This document shows, piece by piece, positions 53,231-64,000 of a stretch of 64,000 bases of DNA. The notes under the pieces were generated by a model, which had not been told where the DNA came from, did no database searches, and saw only the letters and a program-made list of their open reading frames with translations. Every line of letters starts with the position of its first letter. Within the stretch, counting starts at the first letter, position 1. The position numbers were made by a program, and so were the translations under genes. The DNA is from Takakia lepidozioides (Eukaryota > Plantae > Bryophyta): contig CM060734.1 of NCBI GenBank assembly GCA_030704615.1, forward strand, positions 56,606,001 to 56,670,000, written 5' to 3'.

Positions 53231-54231
53231 TGTGGTTTGATGGCTATCTATCTCACACGGTACAGTTGCGTCCAGAGAAGAAGATTACAATGTTTCTGGA
53301 CGACAATGAGAGGTAGGATCCCGCAAGGATGGAGTGCCGAGATGGCAGGCACGGTCCTCCATACCCCACATGAAGATCACGCTCGCTGCACCTCCACGAC
53401 CCCCCTCTCTGCCATGCTCCACAGCATATGCAAGGCGATAAAGGCTCTCGGTTAGGGTTAGGGTATTAACCCTCCATCCAAACGGGTCGCTGGTTAGTTT
53501 TAAACCCACCCCCGGTTAACTCTGATCAGCAAATGATCCCCTCAACAGATTCTTCACAGATTCATTCAAGAGCTTTTTTTCTGTTAGCTGTTGTAGAGAC
53601 GTTCCTGCTGCCACATTGGCAGTAGGATGTGACATCCACTACAAACAACACACTACAAACAACATGAAGATACGAATTTGAGACAACCAATTCTATTGGA
53701 GTTGCAAATTGCTTTTTCTAGATTGGCAAGGGGGAGTAGTTTGGAGATGGTACGAGGAGTGTCCGGTGCCGAAGAAATTACAACATCTATCATGGTGAGG
53801 GAGTTTTGCACGGTGGCGAAGGAAACCTTCTGACTAGTTTGCAGGGCGTGCAACAACTTATATGGGTGGACAATGGCAGGGGAGTTTGAGGGCAGGCATT
53901 GAAATCTATTCATCAAACTCTTGGCATCGTGTTATCTCTCTAGGATCTTCACCAATAGACTTCAGACCTTCTGGAGGTAATGGGCACATACCACCTCGGA
54001 AGTGGGTTGTGGGTTCAATCCACTCATTGGTGTCACAAAGGTGTCCACCTTTGGGGGGAAGCCAATGATCATAGTTTACGCAAGGATTTGGGGTGACTTT
54101 GACAAGTAGGGTTGGGTTGTTTGCTGGAAGAACTTCACGCCGTCAGTGTCAGCTGCTAGCGGCAAGGCTAAGGATGTATTCATGATTGTACACAAGCAGG
54201 GATAGCTGAAGGACCAGGGATAGAGGTCCAG

Positions 54232-54995
54232 ATTCATCCAAGAGGGCCGGATTTCAAACAAATTTAGGGTCTGATTCCCTGTGGATCAGTAGCTACAAGT
54301 GGGTAGATGGTCAACTGGAAACAGCAGTGGCAGCAGCACAATTGGTAGAACAAGGCACTACTAATGAAGGTACCTTCTTCAACACATCTCCCCCTGTTTT
54401 TCCCTGCTATCAGAGTCGTCCCTACATTTTCATGTTGAATTCTGCAAGTTAGCTTGTTGGTGGATCGATGGTGGGAGAGTTAGCTTGGTCTTAACAGGCC
54501 GCGTTTCAATCTCTACTTGTTTTGCCGCAGCAGCATCGACACAATTGATAAAATCAGGCACTGCTAATGAAGGCACCTTTTTCAACACATTTCACCCTGT
54601 TTTTCCCTCTTCTCAGAATCGGTTAGCTGGTTGAGTGACCCTTTGATAGTTTGGAGTGACTTTGACATGATACTGCCAGTGTTCCATGTGAATTCTGCAA
54701 GTTAGCTGGTTGAGTGAATCTAGTTTGGAGTGACTTTACATGATACTGCCAATGTGACAACATGAAAGTATCAGGTAACAGAGATGAGGAGAAGCTGTGG
54801 AATGAATACTTTTCTGACCCCAGTCAACGGTGAGACAACCGAGGCAAAAATGTGTATGTCGTCAATTACCAGATGTCATTATGAATACTTCCTTGGTGGA
54901 CATGTATGCCAAATGTAGGTGCATCGAGGATGTAAATGAGTGTTCAACACTATGGCTGAATGAGATGTGGTGTCGTGGAGTGCGATGCTTGCAGC
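54232..54995 (+). pseudogene. Decayed PDF-motif exons followed by a PLS-PPR fragment
   Basis: AG|IHPRGPDFKQ..DSLWISSYKWVDGQLE..|GT (54232-54369); AG|NRDEEKLWNEYFSDPSQR*DNRGK (54775-54850); [27 protein letters not shown] (54866-54995), with a frameshift and a stop. Confidence 0.75.
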
Positions 54996-55459
54996 CACCG
55001 CGCTACCTGTCACAAGACAACTCCCAAACCTCCAGTCCTTGACTGTCAAAATGGGGTAAGGGTTCCCTACCTGCAATTTTCCATTTTGCACACATCAAGT
55101 TTGTGTAATGGTGCTTAGACATTCTTAGCGATGTTAGTTTGTTTCACATATGTCAATGTTGATGTTGCTATATTGCCTGAAAGCTTGCTCATGTATCTTC
55201 TGTCGTTTTCGGGCTGGATGGCAGTTGAAGGTGGGTGACCAAATCCGGCCAAGCCAGTGTATGCATCTTCTGCTCAGGCATTTGGAAGTCTACTAAGACT
55301 TTGCAACTTTGTGCATTTTTGTAGCAAAGAATTAGATTATGGAACGGATCTCTGAACATTAAGTCACGTTGTATTTGAATCGATGTTCCAATTTTATATG
55401 TGCTTTCATGTTTCAATGGTGTTTTTGTATGCTTTCAATGGTGCTTTCGTGTTTGAATG

Positions 55460-56134
55460 CTACGGTCGTGTACACGACTACTTCCCATCCACAAAGCCTC
55501 CGCCACGTGCCACTTTTACCCCTCGTGTTTGCCCATACTCGTGCCACGCGCAGTATCCAGAGTGCGCCATGGAAGTCATATGTTCCAGTCATAACGGCCA
55601 CCCCACCCTCATCCTGCATAATTTGACTCCACGTGTGGACCTGGGATTAAACGTCTGAAGTCATATATGTCAGTCACGAAAGACCCTCCCGCTCCATATT
55701 GTCATGCCACGTGTTATGTCCAATCTAATCCATGTGTTGTCCTGGGGTTAATCTGCGGAAGTCACCCTGTCATGCCACGTGTCGTTTTTGGTATTCTCCA
55801 CGTGCTGTCCTGGGGTTAATCCGCGGAAGTCGTATATGCCAGTCGTGAAGACCCTCTCGCCTTCCCTTTGACGTGACACATGGCATATCCCTTCCGTTCC
55901 ACGTGAAGCTGACATGGATTCGCAGTCATTTACTATGGTCCTATCAATGACTATGATTAGGCATCCCCGATGCCACGTCAACAGTGAGTTCCACGACTGG
56001 TAGATACGACTTTATGACGCTTACGACTCATTTGTCACAACTGACTGGGTTTATCTGACTAGGCAGTCATGCAGTCATAAAAGGCTGATACGACTGGAAA
56101 ATAGCAGACGTAAAAGCCGGATTTTGTTGTAGTG
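55460..56134 (+). mobile_element. CACTA/EnSpm transposon 3' end with subterminal repeats
   Basis: Ends TTTTGTTGTAGTG (revcomp CACTACAACAAAA) at 56122-56134, preceded by dense short repeats (GCCACGTG, GAAGTC, ACGACT/AGTCAT) in both orientations. Confidence 0.7.
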
Positions 56135-56274
56135 TAGCTAGTCTGCCTATTCTACCTGCAAGTTGTTCTAACCGCCTAACTAACTAACTGTCATCCAAGA
56201 CAGAACGCACGTTCCCTCTGCAGATATCGTTCCCACACAGTCGTTCCCGCCCGTGATGACAGTTCCCTATGAAC

Positions 56275-56425
56275 GCTGTGACGGGCTGTGACTGGCTGTG
56301 TCGGGCTGTGTCAGGCTGTGTTAGGCTGTGACTGGCTGTGTCGGGCTGTGTCAGGCTGTGTTAGGCTGTGACTGGTTGTGTCTGACTGTTGCAGACTGTG
56401 ATAGACTGTGATAGGCTGTGTAAGC
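56275..56425 (+). repeat. 10-bp minisatellite (nnnGGCTGTG), ~14 units with a 40-bp higher-order period
   Basis: actggctgtg tcgggctgtg tcaggctgtg ttaggctgtg occurs twice, then degenerates. Confidence 0.9.
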
Positions 56426-56819
56426 CTGTCTACCACCCCTAAGGTCTGTGTTGGTCTGAGTCCACCACCCGTAGGTCTGCGTAAAATTAAGGGTACCCCA
56501 CAGAACCCGTAAAACTGTCTAAGTCCCAGACAGCCCTCTAACAATGGCACACCTCAACACCAAACCTGGAACCACAAAACCTCCCTCACATACAAGCCAC
56601 GTGCAAACCGCCTATCCATCCACCTTTCCCACCACACTATTCACAAAACGTCCCGCAAGTCAAGCGCCTCATTCTCGAAGCCTCCCGACACAACAAACCT
56701 CACAACCGACCTCAACACCTGACAAACACTCCTCAACACCAGACAAAATGCTCTCCAAATTCCCTGTCTTCCCTTGTCGGTGGTCACAGGACCTATAATG
56801 CTCACAGTTCCTCCTGGTT

Positions 56820-58120
56820 GAAATTTTAATTTGCATAGCTTTCCTATTGTTAGTTCTAACATCTACAACTCAATATTTACATTGAATATTGTGTTATGAC
56901 GATTAAGAAAACATGTATTATACAAAGTTTTCCCAACATAACTTAACCCCTAAACGTCCAAGCGACCTGAATCGAGTCGCTGGAGGTTTTCGAGGCCCAC
57001 AACTTTTGCAGATCTTGGCCATTTGTGGTGAAATCTAGGCCATCTTGAGGGCCCAGAAGTTGGCTATCACCTCCCATTTACCGATCCCGTAGGTCCCCTT
57101 AGGGCAGTGAGTAGGATTTTTTTTTTAAGTACAAGGGGGTCGGCTGGAGACCTCCTGCGCCTCTCGTACGGTGGCCTCCTGCAGGTCCTATTTACTTCAC
57201 ACGTTTGGTGTACCCCCCCTACTTTGACCAAGTGTCACAAGCACTTTGCTTGGCCAAATGGCCTACTTTTCATCTTGCTGGATGAAGGATCTGGAGGGGA
57301 CAACTGGGAGAAGATTTAGCTAAAACGGATGTCATCTCGTCAGGCAAATTCCCAATTTACTGACTCCAACTTGTTTTTTTTAACTAGGGGCCCAAAAAAT
57401 GGGCCCCACATTCAACGGTGGCAATTTTGCAGATTTGGGGCGATTGCCTCCAAATTTGCACATGTCTTGATGTGGTAGGTGAGCACATATTGTGCGGTCA
57501 AAACTTTAAATTTCTCATTTTCCAACGAGTTCTTGCGTATTTTCACTGCAGGGGTGGATTTTTTTGGAAAGTCAACGACCCCTCTGGACGTTTAGGGGTT
57601 AAGTAGCAATGTGGAATGACTGTACATCAAGGAAATGTCTGCAATGTAGGCTCGTGTATTTTACATTTCTAAACTCCATTACTTGTGCACAGTTTAGTTT
57701 CGTAGTTTCTTTCTGATCAGAAGCTCTAGCAAAGGAGTCTCAATGTAAACCAAGCCTTCCGCTGATCATATCAAAACATCGTGAGGTTGATTGGAAATCA
57801 GATGGACATCTGAATATTGAATATTGAAATATCAAAATCTTAATTTACATAGTTTCCTATTGTTAGTTCTAACATCTACAATTCAGTATTTGCGTTGAAT
57901 ATCGATGTTATGACGGTTAAAAAAACATGTATACATAGTTTTCCCAACATAACTTCAGTAGCAATGTGGAACGACTGTACATCATGGAAACGTCAGCAAT
58001 GTAGGCTTGTGCATTTTGCAATTCTAAACTCCATTATTTGTGCACAGTTTAGTTTCGTAGTTTCTTTCCGATCAGAAGCTTTAGGAGTGGAGTCTCAATG
58101 TAAACCAAGCCTTCCGCTGA
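56820..58120 (+). repeat. Tandem duplication of a ~290-bp AT-rich unit; the first copy is interrupted by the MITE
   Basis: ~56820-56946 plus 57603-57765 aligns with ~57835-58120. Confidence 0.85.
56947..57598. mobile_element. piggyBac-like MITE (652 bp)
   Basis: TTAA on both sides (56943-56946, 57599-57602); perfect 14-bp TIR CCCCTAAACGTCCA / TGGACGTTTAGGGG; empty paralogous site at ~57950. Confidence 0.85.
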
Positions 58121-60369
58121 TACCCATGTCACTGACATCACTTGTACATGTTCCACAGAGAACCCATGATATCAACACTGTCGATACACTACATGTTACT
58201 AAAGATACATACAATTGGTTCCAGATGGACAAGTTACATATAATTCTTTCTTGAAAATGAAAATATTTCCACATATGTGTATACATGCAAAGCGAGATAC
58301 TAGCTTGAGCAAATTGAAAGATTATTGTAATTAATTTCTAGTGATATACACTGCATGTATCAGAAAGAAGTTGTAGGCAGCACGGTTGAGACTAATTTAC
58401 TTGTGATGCTTTGGGCACGATTGCCGCTTGTGTGCATTGTACTTGATAGCCAGCAAAAACAGCCCACCAGAAGGAGGTGATGCGTCTTTCAAGTCGTTTC
58501 CCAGGGATCCAACAGTGCTTCCTCGGTCCGTTTGAGCAAATGCAGAGTCAAGGTTATTGTTGAATTAGGTTTGCTCCGACACAGCTTGGCGTGCCATCTT
58601 CTGAGTATCCTTTTGAGCCGTCTTGATTCTTCAATCACCGTCATGGTTTTAGTCATGGTTATCTAGAATTACCTACTTCTAGTTAACTAGGACATTTTAG
58701 ATATTTATATTTATATTTTGTGTGTTGGGACTTCATTTGGTCTCACATGCCAAGTGAGGTGTCGAGCCTCACTTGAGACATGAAGATAGGTTTTCCCCTT
58801 GTGAGTGTTGAGGAGGCTCATCTTCTTGTAGTTGAGCCTCCATGAGCTTCTCTCACCTCCATAGCTCTAGGTATTGAGAGGGAGTGTGTTGAGGGCTTTG
58901 TAGGGTGGATTCCTTTAGCAAAGGTGCCCTTGGCTTGACTTAGTTTATGTGATAGAGTGGATTTCACTTGGAAGGACTAGGGCTTGTTATTCATGTGATT
59001 GCTTCATGCTTTGAGAGCTTTCATTGTCTTCTACTTCTCTCATTTCTCATCTCTTATCACTACAAGAAGATCACCTTATGCTTGTGAGTGCGGAGTGTAA
59101 GGATTAGTTTTGCACTTGTATTTTAAAGAGGTTGAGAGCTAGGAGAATTTAGCTCTTGTATCACAAGGCTTGCAAGGGGTTGCAAGGAAAGGTGCTCGAG
59201 TATTGCATGCACCAAGGAGTTGGAGAGCTTGAGAAGAAAGCTCTTGAGTCACAAGATTTTGCAAGGATTGTAAGGAGGAAGTCTTGTGTGTGTGGAAGCA
59301 TGGATTCTAGGGTTTGAGAATCCTTTGTATGCATTATGGAGTCGATGGTGTGCGCCATGGCTTGTGGAGAGTGACTAAAGGCTTGTTAGTGCTCATTTCA
59401 CTATCAAGCTAGGGTTAAGCAAGTTCAAAGTGTGGATGTTGTGGAAGAGAAGCCAATGAGCTATATATGCTTGGGCTTGAAGACAACAAGGGCAAGCACT
59501 TGGAGAGCACTAAGAAGCTCAAGAGGTTTTGAAAGGGAGCATGTGAAGAAATCTTCCAATCATGGTGGTGTGGAGCCAAGCTTAGGGTGCCATTGGAAGG
59601 GCTTGGAGAACATGTGGTGGGAAATCCTTGAAGGGAAATCATCATTCAATGTATGCATAGCTTCACCCTAACTATGTAATGTGACAAGAGGGGGAGGCAA
59701 TACTTGGCTATTCATGCTCTTGGTAGTGCGAGCTTTGTGGTGGATAGTTGACCAAGCAAGTGGTGCATGTGTGGAGCATGCTCGCTTGAGTTTGTAAGTT
59801 CAAGTTTGAGAAGGGGAGCTCTTGAACTAGCAAGAGGTGAAGGCCTTTGAGATCCATTTGTGTGTGAAGTGGAGAGGTGTTGATTCATGTTATGATGAAG
59901 GAGAGCAACACATAGGCCAAGAGGTCATGAAACATGCATTCAAATGACCACGGGGAGCACATGGATGATGGATTGGTGCAAGACCCCAAATGAGGCATAT
60001 GGCGTGAGAGTGGGATCCAAGGCGGATTGCTTGGGAGCATTATTGTAAGTGACAAGCATTGCTCCTACACATTGAGATAATTTGTGTTGATTTGGAGCAA
60101 TTGTCAAGTGATGAGGAGACAAATGCATGATTGCTCGGCAATGGAGATATGGTAGTTTGCAATCAAATCCCAAGGACTAGAAGGGGGATTGATTTGGTGG
60201 ACAATGACTTGCAAGTTGAGTTGGACCACTCTTGGTTGCACATTGGGGTGGAAGAGAGCAAGAAGATGCCTCTTATGACCACCTAGAGACCATATTTTTG
60301 CTTGAGTAGAAGCATAGAAGTCAAGGACTTGCATTCTAGCTCTTCATTACAAACCCTAGTAGTGTATGC

Positions 60370-60762
60370 TCAGACTATACCTCTGTTAGTATACCAAACA
60401 AGAGCTTGTCCCTTTGACTATACCTCTGTTGAGGTATCACCATATGTGAACCCTAATGTGAGACTATACCTCTGTTAGTATACCAAACATGAGCTTGTCC
60501 ATTTACTATACCTCTATTGAGGTATCACCATATGTGAACCCTAATCAGCTCAGACTATACCTCTGTTAGTATACCAAACAGGAGCTTGTCCCTTTTACTA
60601 TACCTCTGTTGAGGTATCACCATATGTGGACCCTAATCAGCTCAGACTATACCTCTGTTAGTATACCAAACAGAACCCTCATTTTCAGACTATACCTCTG
60701 TAAAGGTATCATCAACATAAGGGACCCTAGCAACCTCAGACTATACCTCTGTTAAGGTATCA
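60370..60762 (+). repeat. Tandem array, ~90-bp dimeric period, 9 copies of the core ACTATACCTCTGT
   Basis: Units start at 60372, 60461, 60552 and 60644; two cores per unit. Confidence 0.9.
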
Positions 60763-61575
60763 ACAGTGAAAGGACTTAGTGAAATTTAAGGGCCTTTGGA
60801 GGATTGTTTGGAAGATATTTGAGGGCCCTTGGAGGAGTATTTGGAGGATCTTTGGGGTCCTTGGAGGAGTGTTTGGAGGATCTTTGGGGTCCTTGGAGGA
60901 CCCTTCGAGGAGCTTTGGTGGACAATGTTGAAGAGCTCTTGAAGGATTGATTGAGGGATATTGAAGGATACTTGCCACGGCCATACAAGCGAGTGGATAG
61001 AGACAGGAGGGAGAGTGGTGGGATGAGAGCATTCTGGGGTTAGGAATTGCTTTAGTTTCTCTTCTCCATAGTCTTTCACCCTCTCTGTAGGCCAAAACCT
61101 TTCCGTAGGTGGAGGCAAGAGTCAGTCCGGGTTTGGGCTGGGGTGTCCTTGCAGGAGCGACACTGTGGAGTGTTTTTGGTGTGGGGAGTTGTGTCTTGAT
61201 TTTCTTGTGTTTGGATCCCCTCCACACCTGCATGCTTGACTGTGCGCCATGTTAGCTTTGTGTGGGCGCTTGTTTTCATAGGAGGTTGGTCCGGATTTGA
61301 TCACCGGCCAATCCTAGAGTATGCTGTCGGTGGTGAGGCTGGAGTGATGACCAGCAAGACCACCAGTGTTTCTTCTATGGTGAGGCTGGGTTGATGACCA
61401 GCAGACCATAGGAGTGCTTGCGGTGGATGCAGGTGCAGGTACAGGTCTACGTTAGAAACCTATTATTCCTGCTTGAACCAGTAGCCGCAACAGGTTCTTT
61501 ACCCGGTTACCTTGTAGAAAGTGGGGATTAGAGACAGGTTGACAACCGGTTGGGTTGTGAGTTTTCATCACGGAG

Positions 61576-63378
61576 GTGCCACCAGCTGCTGAGGGGAGTG
61601 CCGGTACAAGCACCAGCGATACTAGTGGGTACACAAGACAAGGTGTGCGGTTTAGGCCACTTTCACCTTCAGTGTCTTCTGAGGAAGGTTCAGACTCGGA
61701 GTCAGGAGGATTCTCGCCGAGGGTGCAAGTCATTTCCGTGCCATTGTTGTGGGACACGATGGAGGAGATGTATGGAGCTACCAAGGGGCCACGTAGGTAC
61801 TCTGGAGCTGTGGGCACCATCGAGCTTGATGACTTTATACAAGAGTTTGACAGTTGGTGTGATTTGCAGCAAATGCGCAATCCACAACTGTTTACGCCCT
61901 TTATGGCGTGGAAGGGGCTATTCCAGCACCTTGAGGGGCCGCCCATGGATGATTACCATGAATTTAGGCGGGGACATGCGGTGGAGATTGAGGAGTGGCG
62001 AGAGTATTGGTCACCTAACTATGTCTCAATCACTAGAGGCACAAGGGCAGCGGTGACACCAGCAGCTACACAAACATCTCCAACTACAAGCACTAGTAGT
62101 GGAACAAGTAGTGTCGGCACTTCTGCAGGTGGTACCAGTTCAAAAGGTGCTACTACTCCTCCTGCCACAATTACAACACATGTGCCTAGATTCAACCCGG
62201 TGGTGGAGTTCTTCCAGGAGTTGCGGAGGAACTACCAAGGTGTACGGACAGAGAAGCTGCGAAGTTTGCAAGACTTCCAGCGCAAATCCAGTGAGAGCTT
62301 GCGAGAGGCCTACACTCGTATGAGGCGCTTGATAAGTGTGACCCAAGGGGTTACTGAAGCTCAGGCAGTCCAGTTCTGGTATGGAATTTTGGACAAGGAG
62401 CTCAAGAGAAGGGTGCGGGATGCAACCCTGTTACAAGCGGCCCAACCCACATTAGCGGATGTGTTTCTGCTGGCTGAGCGGATTGAGCTCAACATGGTGG
62501 AGGAGCGAGTTGTTACCATTGGATTTGGCAAGGACATGCCTGCACGAGGTGCAGCTGCCAGCCAACAGGTACAAAGGACTGCCCAACAGCGTGGTCAGGG
62601 GGGCAAGGTTGCCCAACCCAAGTTCCATGGAGCTTACAAGGGACCTCAGGTGCGGCCCGTGGCATCTTTTGCAGGCCAACAGCAACCAGGGGTGATATGT
62701 TGGACATGTGGAGGACCCCATGTCAAGAGAGATTGCCCAGAGAGTGGCAGAAGGCCGGCACAAGCACAGCCTGCACAGTTGCAGTGTGGGCATTGTGGCA
62801 AGTATGGGCATGGAGATGCCCAGTGTTATGACTTGCACCCTGAGTTGCGCCCAGGCCAGTTCCAAGGGAACAATGGTGGCCGGGGGCGAGGTGGACCAGC
62901 CCAGAGAGGACGAGGTGGTCGGGCACGAGGTGCAGGCCAAGGGCAAGCTCAACATGGCCAAGGACGCGGAGGTCAGGGTGTTGACCAAGACATGGCCAAC
63001 CGGCTTCAGCAGCTAGAGCAGAGGCTCGCTGCCATGGCTACAGCTCAGGTGGTACCGGCTCCCAGGCGGGATGGTCCACCTCCTGCTCCTGAGGGAGGAG
63101 ATATGGGAGGCATGGGATTCATGTGGAGCAGCACTACCACTAGTGCAGGTGGAGTCTGCTGCAGCCGTGACTCGAGGAGCACACGAGTTCCTGAGCCACG
63201 AGGTGCAGAGGTGGAATTGGATCCACAGCGTGGGGAGGCAAGCCGTCAGGCGAGGCTTCCTCAGTCATTCACATTGGCGGAGACAGTGTCGACGCCATCC
63301 ATGGCACCTAGTTCTCGCCCGACTGTTACCGAGGCGGAGGTTACTATGCCATTGGGAGAGCTACACGTGCAGCACTGA
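61576..63378 (+). CDS. Retrotransposon Gag with two zinc knuckles (frameshifted near the 3' end)
   Basis: 600-aa ORF; LDDFIQEFDSWCD, MHR-like segment, two CCHC motifs, RGG-rich tail. Confidence 0.8.
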   Translation: MPPAAEGSAGTSTSDTSGYTRQGVRFRPLSPSVSSEEGSDSESGGFSPRVQVISVPLLWDTMEEMYGATKGPRRYSGAVGTIELDDFIQEFDSWCDLQQMRNPQLFTPFMAWKGLFQHLEGPPMDDYHEFRRGHAVEIEEWREYWSPNYVSITRGTRAAVTPAATQTSPTTSTSSGTSSVGTSAGGTSSKGATTPPATITTHVPRFNPVVEFFQELRRNYQGVRTEKLRSLQDFQRKSSESLREAYTRMRRLISVTQGVTEAQAVQFWYGILDKELKRRVRDATLLQAAQPTLADVFLLAERIELNMVEERVVTIGFGKDMPARGAAASQQVQRTAQQRGQGGKVAQPKFHGAYKGPQVRPVASFAGQQQPGVICWTCGGPHVKRDCPESGRRPAQAQPAQLQCGHCGKYGHGDAQCYDLHPELRPGQFQGNNGGRGRGGPAQRGRGGRARGAGQGQAQHGQGRGGQGVDQDMANRLQQLEQRLAAMATAQVVPAPRRDGPPPAPEGGDMGGMGFMWSSTTTSAGGVCCSRDSRSTRVPEPRGAEVELDPQRGEASRQARLPQSFTLAETVSTPSMAPSSRPTVTEAEVTMPLGELHVQH

Positions 63379-64000
63379 CACCTGCTACCAAGGCTAGTGC
63401 AGCCGGTGTGTTATTGGGGGCAGCCACCTCTGTGTGTCAAGCCCCACTGTTCTCGGCAACCATGATTGCGACGCCGGGGGTAAGACCAGTTGCAGTGTTC
63501 AGACTAGCAGCAACACTCTGCGAGAGTGGGGAGGTCACTTCATCTTCTGCGGAGTTACTGGAAGGTGTAGTGGCAGAGGGATCCTCGGATTTGAGGGTCA
63601 AGACTGCCACGGCTGCGCCATGGCAAGCTGCAGCTGCCAAGTTGACGGAGCTGTCAGCTAGGCCAGCCTTTGAGCGCGCCATGGTGACACCTGGAGTTGT
63701 CTTGTTAGACAACCAGGGAGGCATTTTCACTTTGAGTGGACCGGCAGGCAAGAAGTACCGGCCACTGCGGGTCTTGTTGGACTCAAGAGCTCAGCCACTG
63801 ATGTTGGGCAGAGCTGCTATTGCAGGTTTGGGCCTCATGGAGGCGGATATGGAGCCTTGTCCTTTCCAGATACTGACATCTCTGGGAGGATCAGAGCAGG
63901 CTCGGGGCATGACACGGCGTGAGTTGGCCATTGGACTACAACCAGATCATCCTGTAGATGGCTCAGTGATGCGAGCCAAGGCCATTGTGACAGACGCGAT

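Larger units (their letters stand above)
58723..64000 (+). mobile_element. Ty3/gypsy-type LTR retrotransposon region; left boundary uncertain, possibly nested elements, runs off the window
   Basis: gag ORF 61576-63378 (retrotrans-gag helix QKSSESLREAYTRM; CWTCGGPHVKRDC and CGHCGKYGHGDAQC knuckles), then frameshifted protease VLLDSRAQPLMLG at ~63770. Candidate LTR start TGTTGGGAC at 58723. Confidence 0.7.

Noticed and set aside
53449-53473. TTAGGG repeats as an interstitial telomere
   Set aside because: Only about two units; more likely a telo-box-like promoter motif upstream of LD.
59058-59070. CACTACAAGAA as a CACTA 5' end
   Set aside because: Lies downstream of the 3' TIR, has no subterminal repeats, and sits inside LTR-like sequence.
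60370-60762. CRISPR-like repeat/spacer appearance
   Set aside because: The spacers are themselves repeated (90-bp tandem), the context is eukaryotic, and there are no cas genes.

Overview
Eukaryotic nuclear DNA from an early-diverging land plant, most like a bryophyte. This is inferred from the spliceosomal introns, the PLS-DYW PPR gene and the plant-type retroelements. Host genes: RBL/RBBP5 (WD40, COMPASS), an RMA/RNF5-type RING E3 ligase, TOP3B (15 exons, two GC-AG introns) and LUMINIDEPENDENS, all on the minus strand, plus a plus-strand locus at 37.5-41.5 kb. That locus is the main find. Exons encoding an organellar ssDNA-binding protein (OSB: SSB/OB fold plus a PDF motif) splice in frame (39440>39620) onto an intact PLS-PPR-E1-E2-DYW cytidine-deaminase ORF, giving a candidate OSB-PPR-DYW fusion. 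Two further decayed PDF-motif exon sets occur at ~32.8-33.3 kb and ~54.2-55.0 kb, and the second again abuts a PPR fragment. Mobile DNA: a decayed Ty1/copia element with a half-tRNA-type PBS; a Dualen-like RNase H/RLE LINE fragment; seven intronic, sense-oriented copies of one poly(A)-less LINE with TSDs and serial same-site insertion; two tRNA-derived SINE heads; a CACTA end; a TTAA-flanked piggyBac-like MITE with an empty paralogous site nearby; and a Ty3/gypsy element running off the right end. All exon boundaries were read by eye and need transcript confirmation.
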